Part shown: in pieces, positions 28,030 to 37,561 of the stretch
How positions within the stretch are numbered: position 1 is the stretch's first letter
Layout: each line of letters opens with the position of its first letter
Source of the DNA: Minisyncoccia bacterium
GTDB lineage: Bacteria > Patescibacteriota > Minisyncoccia > SW-4-49-11
Length of the DNA stretch: 64,000 bases
NCBI GenBank assembly: GCA_044356325.1
Contig: JBIKWJ010000002.1
Span: 24,602-88,601, forward strand
Direction of reading: 5' to 3'
The notes under the pieces: generated by a model
The model's input: only the letters and a program-made list of their open reading frames with translations
The model's database searches: none
What the model was told of the DNA's origin: nothing
Program-made: the position numbers and the translations under genes

Positions 28030-28563
28030 ATGTCTGGGCATAATAAATTTTCTAAAATTAAGCATAAGAAGGCAGCTACTGATAAGCTTAAAGCTCAGAA
28101 TTTTTCTAAAGTGGTAAAACTTATTCAAATTGCGGCCCGCAAAGGTTCTACTGACCCTGCTATGAATCCTGAGTTGAGATTAGCTCTTGAGAAGGCAAAA
28201 GAAGTGAATATGCCTAAAGATAATATTAGTCGCATATTAGAAAAGGCTGCCAATACCAATGGGCAAGTTGTGATTTATGAAGGATTTGGTCCTGAGGGGG
28301 TTGGGCTTCTGATCAAGACCTATACCGATAATGGCAATCGTACTGTGGCTGATTTACGTCATCTTTTATCCAAAAATGGGGGTAGTCTTGGAGCTAATGG
28401 ATCAGTGATTTGGATGTTTGAGGAGATTGTCAGAGAACAAGAGTATAAAGTTAATATTCCGACTGAAATTACTGAAGAGGCTCAAGAAAAGTTAGAAACT
28501 ATCATTGAAATCATCGAAGAATTGGATGATGTAGAGGAAATTTGGACTACTGCTTCCATTTAG
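28030..28563 (+). CDS. yebC: YebC/PmpR-family transcriptional regulator (short form, 177 aa)
   Basis: MSGHNKFSKIKHKKAATDKLKAQNFSKVVKLIQIAARKGSTDPAMNPELRLALEKAKEVNMPKDNI is the canonical YebC N terminus. The protein is shorter than the usual ~240 aa. Confidence 0.85.
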   Translation: MSGHNKFSKIKHKKAATDKLKAQNFSKVVKLIQIAARKGSTDPAMNPELRLALEKAKEVNMPKDNISRILEKAANTNGQVVIYEGFGPEGVGLLIKTYTDNGNRTVADLRHLLSKNGGSLGANGSVIWMFEEIVREQEYKVNIPTEITEEAQEKLETIIEIIEELDDVEEIWTTASI

Positions 28564-28566
28564 AGT

Positions 28567-29073
28567 ATGGATAATAAATCCCCCTATCGTATTCTCGGTA
28601 TTGACCCAGGGACAGCCACCACAGGATTTGGTATTATTGACACCTCCCTATCTCGTGTATCCAATGTAGTGGATTATGGTGTTATTACCACAGAATCTCA
28701 TCTCTCAGACTCTAAGAGACTTGCCATTATAGATGAGAGTCTCAAAGAGATTATTGCCACGCATAAACCTAATATTATTGCTGTTGAAAAATTATTCTTT
28801 TTTCGCAATACAACTACTATTATCACCGTAGCACAGTCTCGAGGAGTTGTACTTCTTAATGCCGAATTACATAATCTTCAATTATTCGAATTCACTCCCC
28901 TCCAAATTAAACAGGCAATAACAGGTTATGGCAAAGCCCCTAAAGCTCAAATGCAACAAATGGTAGCGACAATACTAGGTCTCAAATCCATTCCCAAACC
29001 AGATGATGCGGCTGATGGACTTGCTGTGGCACTGTGCTGCCAATCTAGTCTTGGATATTTATTAAAAATATAA
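28567..29073 (+). CDS. ruvC: Holliday junction resolvase RuvC
   Basis: ILGIDPGTATTGFGII and the conserved yebC-ruvC linkage. Confidence 0.85.
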   Translation: MDNKSPYRILGIDPGTATTGFGIIDTSLSRVSNVVDYGVITTESHLSDSKRLAIIDESLKEIIATHKPNIIAVEKLFFFRNTTTIITVAQSRGVVLLNAELHNLQLFEFTPLQIKQAITGYGKAPKAQMQQMVATILGLKSIPKPDDAADGLAVALCCQSSLGYLLKI

Positions 29074-29075
29074 TA

Positions 29076-30440
29076 TCATTTGATATTATTTGGATTAATT
29101 CCTGCCTCATAGAATACCAGTTGTCTTGTCTTTATAGTATTCAATTGAATTAATGCGTCCACATAATTCCAGGCGGCTTCGATTTCATCAGCTCGTATGA
29201 ATAATGATTGGTCTTGATCAATAATGTCTTGTATAAGCCGTGTATATGCCCCTTGACTTCTCTGTCCAAATGATTCTTCATAGGTGAAATTAAGTTTTAC
29301 TGGTTGTATACACATTCCCTTTCCTGGGAATTTTGCATTTACGGTATAATATACTTCCTCATTTGGTTGTATGCTAATAACGAGCTCATTTTGTTGAGGG
29401 TTACAGAACTCATCAATATGACTAAAATATTTAAACCTTTGCTTAAATTTTATTCTAATTTCAGCTTTTGTCTCTGATAATCGCTTGCCGGTGGATATAT
29501 ATATTGGGATATTTTCCCAACGAGAATTATCTATATATGCTGTTAATGCCACATATGTTTCTGTCTTGGACTCTGTAGGGACACCAGTTTCTTCAAGATA
29601 ACCCTTTTTATCTCCTGAGCTGATATATTGCCCTAAGATTATATCTTTTGACTGAATTGGTCTTAGGGAATTGAGAATTTTATGCTTTTCATCACGAATA
29701 TATTCTGCTTCCATAGCGACGGGAGCTTCCATAGTAATCAAAGCAAGGGTTTGTAAAATATGATTTTGTAAAATATCTTTAATAATCCCGGTATTATCAA
29801 AATATTCAGCCCTCTCATCAATACCTCTTTCTTCCCAAACATCAATAGCGATTGACTCTACATAATGATTATTGAGTAATGGCTCAAACATAGCATTGCC
29901 AAATCTTAAAGCTAAAATATTCTGTATTGTCTCTTTCCCGAGATAATGATCTATCCGATAGATTTCTTCTTCTCTAAATGATTCTTGTAGCTGATTATTT
30001 AATGTTCTGGCGGATATAATATCTGAGCCAAATGGTTTTTCGAATACAAGAGTATAATGTATATCAGTATATTGTTGCTTAATCTCAGATAGAGTTTTAA
30101 TAATATTTCCAAATGCTTGAGGTGGTATTGCCATATACCAAACAATTCTATCCCCCTTTTTTATATCATAATCTCGAATGAAATTCTGAATTGTCTCAAT
30201 ATTATCAAAGTCTAATTGTATATAATGTAAATTATCAATAAAATCTAATTTCCAATCATGTGAAGCAAGAGAATCTCTCACTAATTGCCTATATTCATCT
30301 TGTGTATAGGGGTTTCTTCCCCCTCCAATGAATTGGGTATCAGGACTATATTGGCCAAAAGAAAATATCTCTGCTAAAGCTGGATATAATTTGGTACGAG
30401 CTAAGTCTCCCGTAGCCCCAGTAATAATAAAATATGTCAT
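29076..30440 (-). CDS. zwf: Glucose-6-phosphate 1-dehydrogenase
   Basis: N-terminal GATGDLA NADP motif and the G6PD active-site signature RIDHYLGKE. Confidence 0.9.
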   Translation of the reverse strand: MTYFIITGATGDLARTKLYPALAEIFSFGQYSPDTQFIGGGRNPYTQDEYRQLVRDSLASHDWKLDFIDNLHYIQLDFDNIETIQNFIRDYDIKKGDRIVWYMAIPPQAFGNIIKTLSEIKQQYTDIHYTLVFEKPFGSDIISARTLNNQLQESFREEEIYRIDHYLGKETIQNILALRFGNAMFEPLLNNHYVESIAIDVWEERGIDERAEYFDNTGIIKDILQNHILQTLALITMEAPVAMEAEYIRDEKHKILNSLRPIQSKDIILGQYISSGDKKGYLEETGVPTESKTETYVALTAYIDNSRWENIPIYISTGKRLSETKAEIRIKFKQRFKYFSHIDEFCNPQQNELVISIQPNEEVYYTVNAKFPGKGMCIQPVKLNFTYEESFGQRSQGAYTRLIQDIIDQDQSLFIRADEIEAAWNYVDALIQLNTIKTRQLVFYEAGINPNNIK

Positions 30441-30518
30441 TTTACAAATATATTAACTATTATCTAGAGTGTATCCCAAGATTATCGATATTGTCAAATA
30501 AAAAACTACTATCTTAAT

Positions 30519-30977
30519 TTAAAGTCCTAATGAAGAGTCTGATAATACATCTCCTTCTATATCAGTATCAATACTTTGTACTTCTGCACTAATTGCGTCA
30601 GCCTGTACTTTGGTATCTGTAGATACTGGAATTGCATCAATAGAACTTTGTGTTGTATCTGCTGGTGTTGTAGCTGCTGGGCTAGTAGCGGGTAATATTA
30701 TCGCATCTTGTATTGGCTTATTTTGATCTTGATAATATCGATACACACTTACAGCACCAATTACGAGAGCAAAAAAGAATAAGAATACTACTACCCCCCA
30801 TAAAAGCGGTCGAGTTACCACTTCTTTTTTAGCTAAATTTTCTAGAGGACTTACGGGCTTAGGAGATTGAGTAGGGAGTGCTATTTCTTCGGGTGTAAAT
30901 GAAGTGAGTCCAGGATTAATTTCTCCTGATTCAGAGTTTACTAATTCTGAGTTATTGGCATCAAGATTGTCGCTCAT
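30519..30977 (-). CDS. Hypothetical single-TM protein (152 aa)
   Basis: Acidic N-terminal region, one TM helix (LLWGVVVFLFFFALVIGAVSV), Thr/Ala-rich tail. Confidence 0.4.
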   Translation of the reverse strand: MSDNLDANNSELVNSESGEINPGLTSFTPEEIALPTQSPKPVSPLENLAKKEVVTRPLLWGVVVFLFFFALVIGAVSVYRYYQDQNKPIQDAIILPATSPAATTPADTTQSSIDAIPVSTDTKVQADAISAEVQSIDTDIEGDVLSDSSLGL

Positions 30978-30998
30978 ATGAATGGTATTATATTAATA

Positions 30999-31856
30999 TT
31001 ATTGAATTGGGTTTGAAGTTGTAGTAGGGACTGTGTTAGTTGGAGTTGTGGTATTACCTGATTCTGTTGAAGCTGGTTGTTGTGGCTTTATACTTCTCAG
31101 ATAAGGAATAATGGTTTCTTTAATATAAGTCCTAATAGCTTTATCCTGGACAATAATTACCTTGAGGTCAGCTTTTCGCGTATTTAAATCTGTTGCAGCC
31201 TTATCTTTAGTACAAAGCTGAGCACTATCAGATTGAAGAGAAGCTATATATTTTTGGATGAGAGTATTTAAATCAGTAACTCTTGAATTGACCTCAGATA
31301 CATACCCGTTATAGGTACTGACATCCACACCTAATTCTGCTAATTTTACTGAAACTGATTGCAATCGAGCAATAATTTTATTATATTTACCAAGTCTTTT
31401 TTCAGCTTTTGCTTTCAATTCATTTTGATGTTCAGTAATTTTATTACTGATTTCTTGGCATTTATCTTTGACTTTCTTTTCTCGCTCGGGACCTGCCACT
31501 GTGATTCGCTCAGACAAAGCATCTACAGAGTCATCTTGCCCTTCATCATTTGAATTTAGTCTATCCTGTTTATCTTTTTTCTCTAAAGCTTGTTTTTCAG
31601 CTTGTTCTCTTTGTCTCTCTAATAATTTTTGCTGAGCCTCATTTTGATTTTCATTAGAAGGCATTTGATTAACACCTGTTTGAGACCTACTCTCTCTTAT
31701 TTTTTGTGACTGCTTCTGGAATTCAAGCTGACTTTCTTGAGCTTTTTTATCTAATTCTGAGCCCTCTTCTTTAGCCAAGATGGTTTTAACTACTACAAAT
31801 GATCCCCCAAGAACAATAATACTTGCACAGATAATGGACAAGAAATGTGATTTCAT
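30999..31856 (-). CDS. Secreted coiled-coil protein (285 aa)
   Basis: N-terminal signal/TM segment, a long charged coiled-coil region, and a Thr/Pro-rich C terminus. Confidence 0.45.
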   Translation of the reverse strand: MKSHFLSIICASIIVLGGSFVVVKTILAKEEGSELDKKAQESQLEFQKQSQKIRESRSQTGVNQMPSNENQNEAQQKLLERQREQAEKQALEKKDKQDRLNSNDEGQDDSVDALSERITVAGPEREKKVKDKCQEISNKITEHQNELKAKAEKRLGKYNKIIARLQSVSVKLAELGVDVSTYNGYVSEVNSRVTDLNTLIQKYIASLQSDSAQLCTKDKAATDLNTRKADLKVIIVQDKAIRTYIKETIIPYLRSIKPQQPASTESGNTTTPTNTVPTTTSNPIQ

Positions 31857-31913
31857 ATATTGATTTTATTATGTACAATTAATTATAACACCACCCCAAA
31901 ACTTGTCAAGAAT

Positions 31914-31954
31914 ATTATACCCCCAAAGCCTGCCTCAACTCATCACTTACTTTC
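31914..31954. repeat. 41-bp direct repeat, copy 1 (identical to 32625..32665)
   Basis: Exact match ttatacccccaaagcctgcctcaactcatcacttactttc. Confidence 0.9.
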
Positions 31955-32584
31955 ATATTGTTTCAAATTAGACTCGACATCAGTATATGTCTTAATACCA
32001 AGAAATGTAAGTAGAATAATCTGATTTAGAATTAACTCTATTCTTGGGAAAAACGACGTAATTATAAATATGGGGATTAGAGTTAAAATTGTCATATGTA
32101 TAGGAATTATCCTTTTATATATAGAAAACATTAAATCAATCAGATATTTGAAATTATTAGAATGTAATTTAAAATCTTTATAGTATAAAAATGTATACAG
32201 ATACCCTAAAAAGTATAACAAGATAGAGATAAATATATTAAAGGAATCTAAATTTACTTGATTTATAAAAAATTGAATAAATGTAAAATATCCATAATGA
32301 AATCCCCCATAGCTAATAATAAAAAATATGAACAACAATAATTTTATACTATGGTTAACAGTATTTACGCTAACATCTTTATTTGTAAACAACTCATCAT
32401 TTCCCAAATCTTCAAGTTTAAGTGTAAGTAATGTGATACAAAAAAAGAATCCTATAATAATACTTTGTGCCCAATAGACCAAAACTATAGTCGCCACATC
32501 CCAATTTTGCCAAATCGCAAAAAACATAGTCACTAAGTTGGGAATTAGTATTGAATATACAGCTGGGTTTTTTAGAATCTTCAT
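31943..32584 (-). CDS. Hypothetical polytopic membrane protein (213 aa), bracketed by 41-bp direct repeats
   Basis: Six hydrophobic helices. Flanked by identical copies of ttatacccccaaagcctgcctcaactcatcacttactttc. Confidence 0.45.
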   Translation of the reverse strand: MKILKNPAVYSILIPNLVTMFFAIWQNWDVATIVLVYWAQSIIIGFFFCITLLTLKLEDLGNDELFTNKDVSVNTVNHSIKLLLFIFFIISYGGFHYGYFTFIQFFINQVNLDSFNIFISILLYFLGYLYTFLYYKDFKLHSNNFKYLIDLMFSIYKRIIPIHMTILTLIPIFIITSFFPRIELILNQIILLTFLGIKTYTDVESNLKQYESK

Positions 32585-32624
32585 ACCTTTGTATATAAAT
32601 TTATTTTTTAATTAAATCATACTA

Positions 32625-32665
32625 ATTATACCCCCAAAGCCTGCCTCAACTCATCACTTACTTTC
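32625..32665. repeat. 41-bp direct repeat, copy 2 (overlaps the sufT 3' end)
   Basis: Exact match to 31914..31954. On the minus strand it encodes the last 12 codons of sufT. Confidence 0.9.
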
Positions 32666-32913
32666 CAAGGGGGGGTAAAAGTTACATTAATAGTAATAGA
32701 ATGAGGTTTAAGAATGCCGAGAGCTGTTTTTAATTCTGCTTGTATACGGCCTCCAAATGGACAAAGTGGTGTAGTATATGTCATCAAAATTATAATATCA
32801 TCCTGCTCGCTAATGGTAATATCATAAATTAGGCCAATAGTATAAATGTCTATATTAATTTCTGGGTCTTGAATTGTTTTACATACTGATATAATATCTT
32901 CTTTTGTAATCAT
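32626..32913 (-). CDS. sufT: DUF59/SufT-like Fe-S cluster assembly protein
   Basis: 95 aa. TPLCPFGG motif typical of the DUF59 (MIP18/SufT) family. Position is downstream of sufC. Confidence 0.7.
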   Translation of the reverse strand: MITKEDIISVCKTIQDPEINIDIYTIGLIYDITISEQDDIIILMTYTTPLCPFGGRIQAELKTALGILKPHSITINVTFTPPWKVSDELRQALGV

Positions 32914-33623
32914 ATATATGCATTATATCCTTGTGATTTAATTTGAGATAGAATATGAGCCCCGCCCTCTTCTACCACAATACCATTTTTGATTACTGTC
33001 ACTTTATTAGGCATAAGCTCTAATTGTCCTTGATGAGTAATAATAATAAAAGTCATACCATTTTGATTCAGTTGTTTGAGCTCTGATGACATTAATTTGA
33101 GAGCATCGATATCAAGTCCGGAATCTGGCTCATCTAATATTGCTAATTGAGGCTTCAAGATAAGTAATTGTAATAATTCTAGGCGTTTTCGTTCTCCTCC
33201 GGAAAACCCCTCATTAACCCCTCGAGATAAAATTAATTCATCGAGCCCAAGTCTCTTCACCTCCTCAACCACTCGGGCACGGAATTCTAATACATTTACT
33301 GGTCCATTGATAGCTTGATAGGCATTTTTGATAAGGCTTAAAATAGTCACCCCCTTTATGGCTGGGGGATATTGCATAGATAAGAATAATCCTAATTTAG
33401 CTCTTTTATCTGGAGACAACTCTACAATATTCTCATTTTTAAAAAATATATTTCCTTCAATATTATATTCTGGATATCCTGCAATAGCTAAAGCTAGAGT
33501 ACTTTTACCACTTCCATTTGGGCCCATGAAATAATGGATATTTCCCTCCTCTATATCAATTGATATATCCTTGATAATACTTTTCTCATCTTTTTTGATG
33601 ATTATATGTTCTAATTTTAGCAT
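32910..33623 (-). CDS. sufC: Fe-S cluster assembly ATPase SufC
   Basis: Walker A GPNGSGKSTL, LSGGERKR signature and Walker B ILDEPDSGLD. 237 aa. Confidence 0.9.
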   Translation of the reverse strand: MLKLEHIIIKKDEKSIIKDISIDIEEGNIHYFMGPNGSGKSTLALAIAGYPEYNIEGNIFFKNENIVELSPDKRAKLGLFLSMQYPPAIKGVTILSLIKNAYQAINGPVNVLEFRARVVEEVKRLGLDELILSRGVNEGFSGGERKRLELLQLLILKPQLAILDEPDSGLDIDALKLMSSELKQLNQNGMTFIIITHQGQLELMPNKVTVIKNGIVVEEGGAHILSQIKSQGYNAYI

Positions 33624-33658
33624 AAGCTATATTGTCTAATTGACTTATTAATTATTCT

Positions 33659-34045
33659 TTATACTATCATCTCCTGGGCAGTGCGTAAAGCTAAAGTCAC
33701 GCATTTTATACGCGTACTTTCCATATTAATACCAAGCCATTGATATAATTGTTCGGCTGAAATAGTGGGGATTTCAGCAATAGATAATCCTTTTAATTTC
33801 TCAGTCGTAATAGAGGCTCCCGCAATACATAAGGCACAACCATTTCCTTCAAAACTTACCCCCACAATAATTTCGTCCTGAATATCTAAATACAGCCTAA
33901 TATCATCGCCACAATTAGGATTAAACCCCTGTTGATGATGTGTATAATGATTTAATTTCCCTTTATTGAGGGGGTTGCGATATAAATCAAGTATATATTC
34001 TCTATATATATCATCCATATTATTGAAATTTGTGATAAATAGCAT
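33659..34045 (-). CDS. sufU: SufU/IscU-type Fe-S scaffold
   Basis: NPNCGDDIRL ... GCALCIAGASI cysteine motifs of NifU/SufU. Confidence 0.8.
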   Translation of the reverse strand: MLFITNFNNMDDIYREYILDLYRNPLNKGKLNHYTHHQQGFNPNCGDDIRLYLDIQDEIIVGVSFEGNGCALCIAGASITTEKLKGLSIAEIPTISAEQLYQWLGINMESTRIKCVTLALRTAQEMIV

Positions 34046-35222
34046 CTAATTCTCCCATCAAGATATCAATTTCCTCTAGGGTATTATATATACCAAATGT
34101 TACTCGTATACTACCCGCTATACCAAGTTTTTCGGCAATACCACTAGCACAATGTTGTCCCGCTCTCACACAAATATTTTTTTTCGCGAGTAAATAAGCA
34201 ATATCATGAGTATGTATTCCCTCAATAGTAAAAGCAAAGCATCCAATACGGGGAATAGATTTGTCTCCCCCTAATAATTGTATCCAAGGGCGTGAGAGAC
34301 TTTGCCGCCACATATATTGAATTAATTCTCTTTCATGATTTTGAACTTGCTCCCAACCAATATCTTGAATCCAGTTTATGGCTCGGGCAAGTCCAATTAC
34401 CTCCGCAATCGGTGGAGTTCCCGCCTCAAATCTCTGAGGAATAGGAGCATATTCTAATTGTTCCAAAGTTACATAATCCACCATATCTCCCCCCATACGT
34501 CGAGGCTTGAGAGATTGTAATAATTCATAATTCACCCATAATACTCCTATACCTGTCGGACCATATAATTTGTGTCCCGAAAAAGCATAAGCGTCTACCC
34601 CCAAGTCCAATACAGAAATTGGTATATGAGCCACAGCCTGAGCTCCATCCACAATACATAAAGCTCCCATTTTATGAGCTTTATCTGAGATATTCTTCAC
34701 ATTATGAATAGTCCCTAATACATTGGATATATGTCCTATTGCGACCACAGCTGTTTTTCCATCAATAGCAGCTAGAAGAGCTGGCTCATCTAGCACTCCT
34801 CCCTTTAATCCAATATATCGTATTTCTAATTGCTGCCTTCGAGCAAATTCTCGCCAAGGGAGCATATTACTATGATGTTCAGTTACTGGGATAATAATAT
34901 TCTGGCCCACCTCAAATCTATCTTGCAATAATTCTGAGAGCATATTAATACCATCCGTAGTACCATGGGTGAAAATAATTTCCTCAGGTCTATTCGCCCC
35001 CATAAATTGAGCTATTGTCTCGCGAGCATTCTCATATTCTGTAGTTGCCCTCTGGGATAACTCATATAATCCTCTATGAATATTAGAGCGATATTCTCTG
35101 TAATACGCATTCATCCCATCCAAAACCACATTAGGCGTAAGCGCGGACGCACCTGAATCAAGATAAATAATATCCTGATTTAATGGTGTGAATTCTAATC
35201 TAATATTGTCAATTAACTTCAT
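34020..35222 (-). CDS. sufS: Cysteine desulfurase SufS (class V aminotransferase)
   Basis: 400 aa. YLDSGASALTP, PLP-lysine region FSGHKLYGPTGIGVLW, and active-site Cys region RAGQHCA. Confidence 0.9.
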   Translation of the reverse strand: MKLIDNIRLEFTPLNQDIIYLDSGASALTPNVVLDGMNAYYREYRSNIHRGLYELSQRATTEYENARETIAQFMGANRPEEIIFTHGTTDGINMLSELLQDRFEVGQNIIIPVTEHHSNMLPWREFARRQQLEIRYIGLKGGVLDEPALLAAIDGKTAVVAIGHISNVLGTIHNVKNISDKAHKMGALCIVDGAQAVAHIPISVLDLGVDAYAFSGHKLYGPTGIGVLWVNYELLQSLKPRRMGGDMVDYVTLEQLEYAPIPQRFEAGTPPIAEVIGLARAINWIQDIGWEQVQNHERELIQYMWRQSLSRPWIQLLGGDKSIPRIGCFAFTIEGIHTHDIAYLLAKKNICVRAGQHCASGIAEKLGIAGSIRVTFGIYNTLEEIDILMGELDAIYHKFQ

Positions 35223-35276
35223 ATCATATATTATATAATATATGATATAATAAGTGTATAGTAAATATAAAGTTGT

Positions 35277-36530
35277 ATGGAAACCCTAAGACCCACACAA
35301 GAACAAGAAAAACCATTTTCTGAATATTCATTGACGGAAATTATAGATGAGATATATACTTCAAACGCTGAGGGAGGGGATGGAGATTTAAGACAAGATT
35401 TAGACAATATATCCTTTCAAAAAGAAAAGGAATCTGAGACATTACAACAACTTATAACTTCCTCCGAAAAGCAATCTTCTAATACAAGACTTCAAAGACA
35501 AATCCACACCTTGAAACAAAAATTAGAAGAGATTCAATCATCTCAAAAAGTATATGAGGCTTGCAAAGAGTTGAATTCATATCATTTAGAAGGTAGTTTA
35601 GAATTAGAAGGTGATTCTGTAGAATTTTTATTAGAAAGATATCGTACATATCAGACACTTTTAAATTCTTTAGATGAATCAGAATCTAGCCTTGCCAAAA
35701 CAGATATTAAAGCTATTATAGATATTTACTATACCAAGATTTTAGAGATAATAACTGAAACTGGAATTGATAAAAAATATGGATTTGGATTTGCTGAAGG
35801 AAGAAAGATGTCAATAGAATATCTTAGTGATTTAATAATCCCAGATACCGAAAACCCAGAATTTGCTAGATACAAAGCAAGATCCACTACAATAGCGCAG
35901 GGTAATGCTCGATTACTAACAGATGGGCAGAGAACAACTTCCCAAGATGATTTGAAAGGCGCGGAATCAGAAAGAATAGTTACCGAGGAATTATCCCAGG
36001 TTCCAGGAGTGCTAGCTACAATAGACATACCTAAATTTTCAATTGGGGATACCCGGCACAAAGCTGACACCATAGCAATTACTCTTAATCCAGAATTAGT
36101 AGATTCTATTACTGATCAAGAGATTCAATTAGCAATATATAAAGTGATAGAAGAGTATAGAGTAGCTTTATTAGATCATATGATGAAACAAGGTGAAAAC
36201 TCTCTTATAAACCCTAGAGACAATATTTTGGGAGATATCATTAGAATAAATCGAACTATAAAATTAGATAATATTGCTGCTGATTTAAAAGAAAAGAATA
36301 TAGATTTGTCACACATTTTAAGAATTCACAAAATACAAATCAAAACTCAAGCAAGTGAAATGTCCAGAACAGCAGAAAAATACAAAGCTAGCAAAATGGC
36401 GGTTAGCCCAGATAAAGTTGGTTTTTTGGCTAAAGAATATCATCCATTAGGAGATCCTAAAGCTGAGGAATTTAATCGAGTACATTTTCAAATTGCAGCT
36501 CAAACAGTTTTAGGGCTATCTATAAAATAA
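35277..36530 (+). CDS. Hypothetical acidic cytoplasmic protein (417 aa)
   Basis: Long ORF with no TM helix, signal peptide or recognisable motifs. Convergent with the suf genes. Confidence 0.5.
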   Translation: METLRPTQEQEKPFSEYSLTEIIDEIYTSNAEGGDGDLRQDLDNISFQKEKESETLQQLITSSEKQSSNTRLQRQIHTLKQKLEEIQSSQKVYEACKELNSYHLEGSLELEGDSVEFLLERYRTYQTLLNSLDESESSLAKTDIKAIIDIYYTKILEIITETGIDKKYGFGFAEGRKMSIEYLSDLIIPDTENPEFARYKARSTTIAQGNARLLTDGQRTTSQDDLKGAESERIVTEELSQVPGVLATIDIPKFSIGDTRHKADTIAITLNPELVDSITDQEIQLAIYKVIEEYRVALLDHMMKQGENSLINPRDNILGDIIRINRTIKLDNIAADLKEKNIDLSHILRIHKIQIKTQASEMSRTAEKYKASKMAVSPDKVGFLAKEYHPLGDPKAEEFNRVHFQIAAQTVLGLSIK

Positions 36531-36586
36531 AAACTTGCTAATATTGTTTTTCTATGTTAATGTATATTTCGATTTGAGGATAACTT

Positions 36587-36874
36587 TTGAACTATCAACA
36601 ATTTCTTGAAATTTGGCCAAATTTATTTGATATATTTGAAACAATAAATAGAGTCAATCCTCCTGACTTAACTATAAGTCTCAGTTCTCATTGGAAACAC
36701 CATAATAACTTCACTGGCTCCAAAATCTATGGGATAAATGGAGAGTTAATTGGTAGCGAAAATTGCTACTTTATATTACCCTGTAATCAAAATGGATTCC
36801 CTATAAATCCACCAACCATTCTATTGAAAGAATGGCGAGACATCAGACAATACCTACCACCCACCCCGCACTGA
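36587..36874 (+). CDS. Hypothetical protein (95 aa)
   Basis: ORF followed by a terminator. Confidence 0.35.
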   Translation: MNYQQFLEIWPNLFDIFETINRVNPPDLTISLSSHWKHHNNFTGSKIYGINGELIGSENCYFILPCNQNGFPINPPTILLKEWRDIRQYLPPTPH

Positions 36875-36888
36875 GCGGGGTATTTTTT
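36864..36888 (+). terminator. Rho-independent terminator
   Basis: ccccgc-actga-gcgggg followed by tattttttat. Confidence 0.65.
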
Positions 36889-36906
36889 ATCACATAACGA
36901 TATTAT

Positions 36907-37560
36907 TCACCCCTCCAAAAACCCATCAATAATACTATTTTGAGCCTGTTCTCTCGTAAGGCCTCTCGTCATTAAATAAAATATATCTGTCTCTCTAACT
37001 GGATGTATAGATACTCCGTGACTAGCATTACTATTGTCGGTGGCGACTCTGAGTTCGGGGATGATTTCAAGTTTAGGCCTTTCGGTTAATAGTATTATCT
37101 CTGCTGATTGTATAGCCTCACAGTGGGATATTGTGGGGGGAATAGTAATAATAGTATGTTGTTTTAATGGATGAGAATTCTCTATAATGTATCGTGAATC
37201 TACTTTGGATTTGGTATAGGGAGCTTGATGAGTAATAGTGATAGTATTATTTGATTCTCTATTACTTCTCACACGTGTCATATAGTCTATTTCAGCATAA
37301 GGCTCTATAAGCTCAATATTCCAACTCATATTCCCTGACCAAGATTCTTTTTCTCTAATCTCTACTTGACTTCCTTTTGTCGCAATAATATGAATATTAT
37401 GATTATAATCTCCCTCTGGGATTATAATATTAAGCCGAGCCTGCTCCCCAATATGAATAATAGTCTCTGGGGAAAGTGTATTCAAAGACAATTCTTCATT
37501 ATTGCGAGATTTAATCACTATATATTGTCCGTTTGATTGTTGTGTAGTAAAAATTGCCAT
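36907..37560 (-). CDS. sufD: SufD-like Fe-S assembly protein (short, 217 aa)
   Basis: C-terminal ATDNSNASHGVSIHPVRETDIFYLMTRGLTREQAQNSIIDGFL parallels the SufB C terminus ([42 protein letters not shown]). Lies immediately downstream of sufB. Confidence 0.7.
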   Translation of the reverse strand: MAIFTTQQSNGQYIVIKSRNNEELSLNTLSPETIIHIGEQARLNIIIPEGDYNHNIHIIATKGSQVEIREKESWSGNMSWNIELIEPYAEIDYMTRVRSNRESNNTITITHQAPYTKSKVDSRYIIENSHPLKQHTIITIPPTISHCEAIQSAEIILLTERPKLEIIPELRVATDNSNASHGVSIHPVRETDIFYLMTRGLTREQAQNSIIDGFLEG

Positions 37561-37561
37561 A

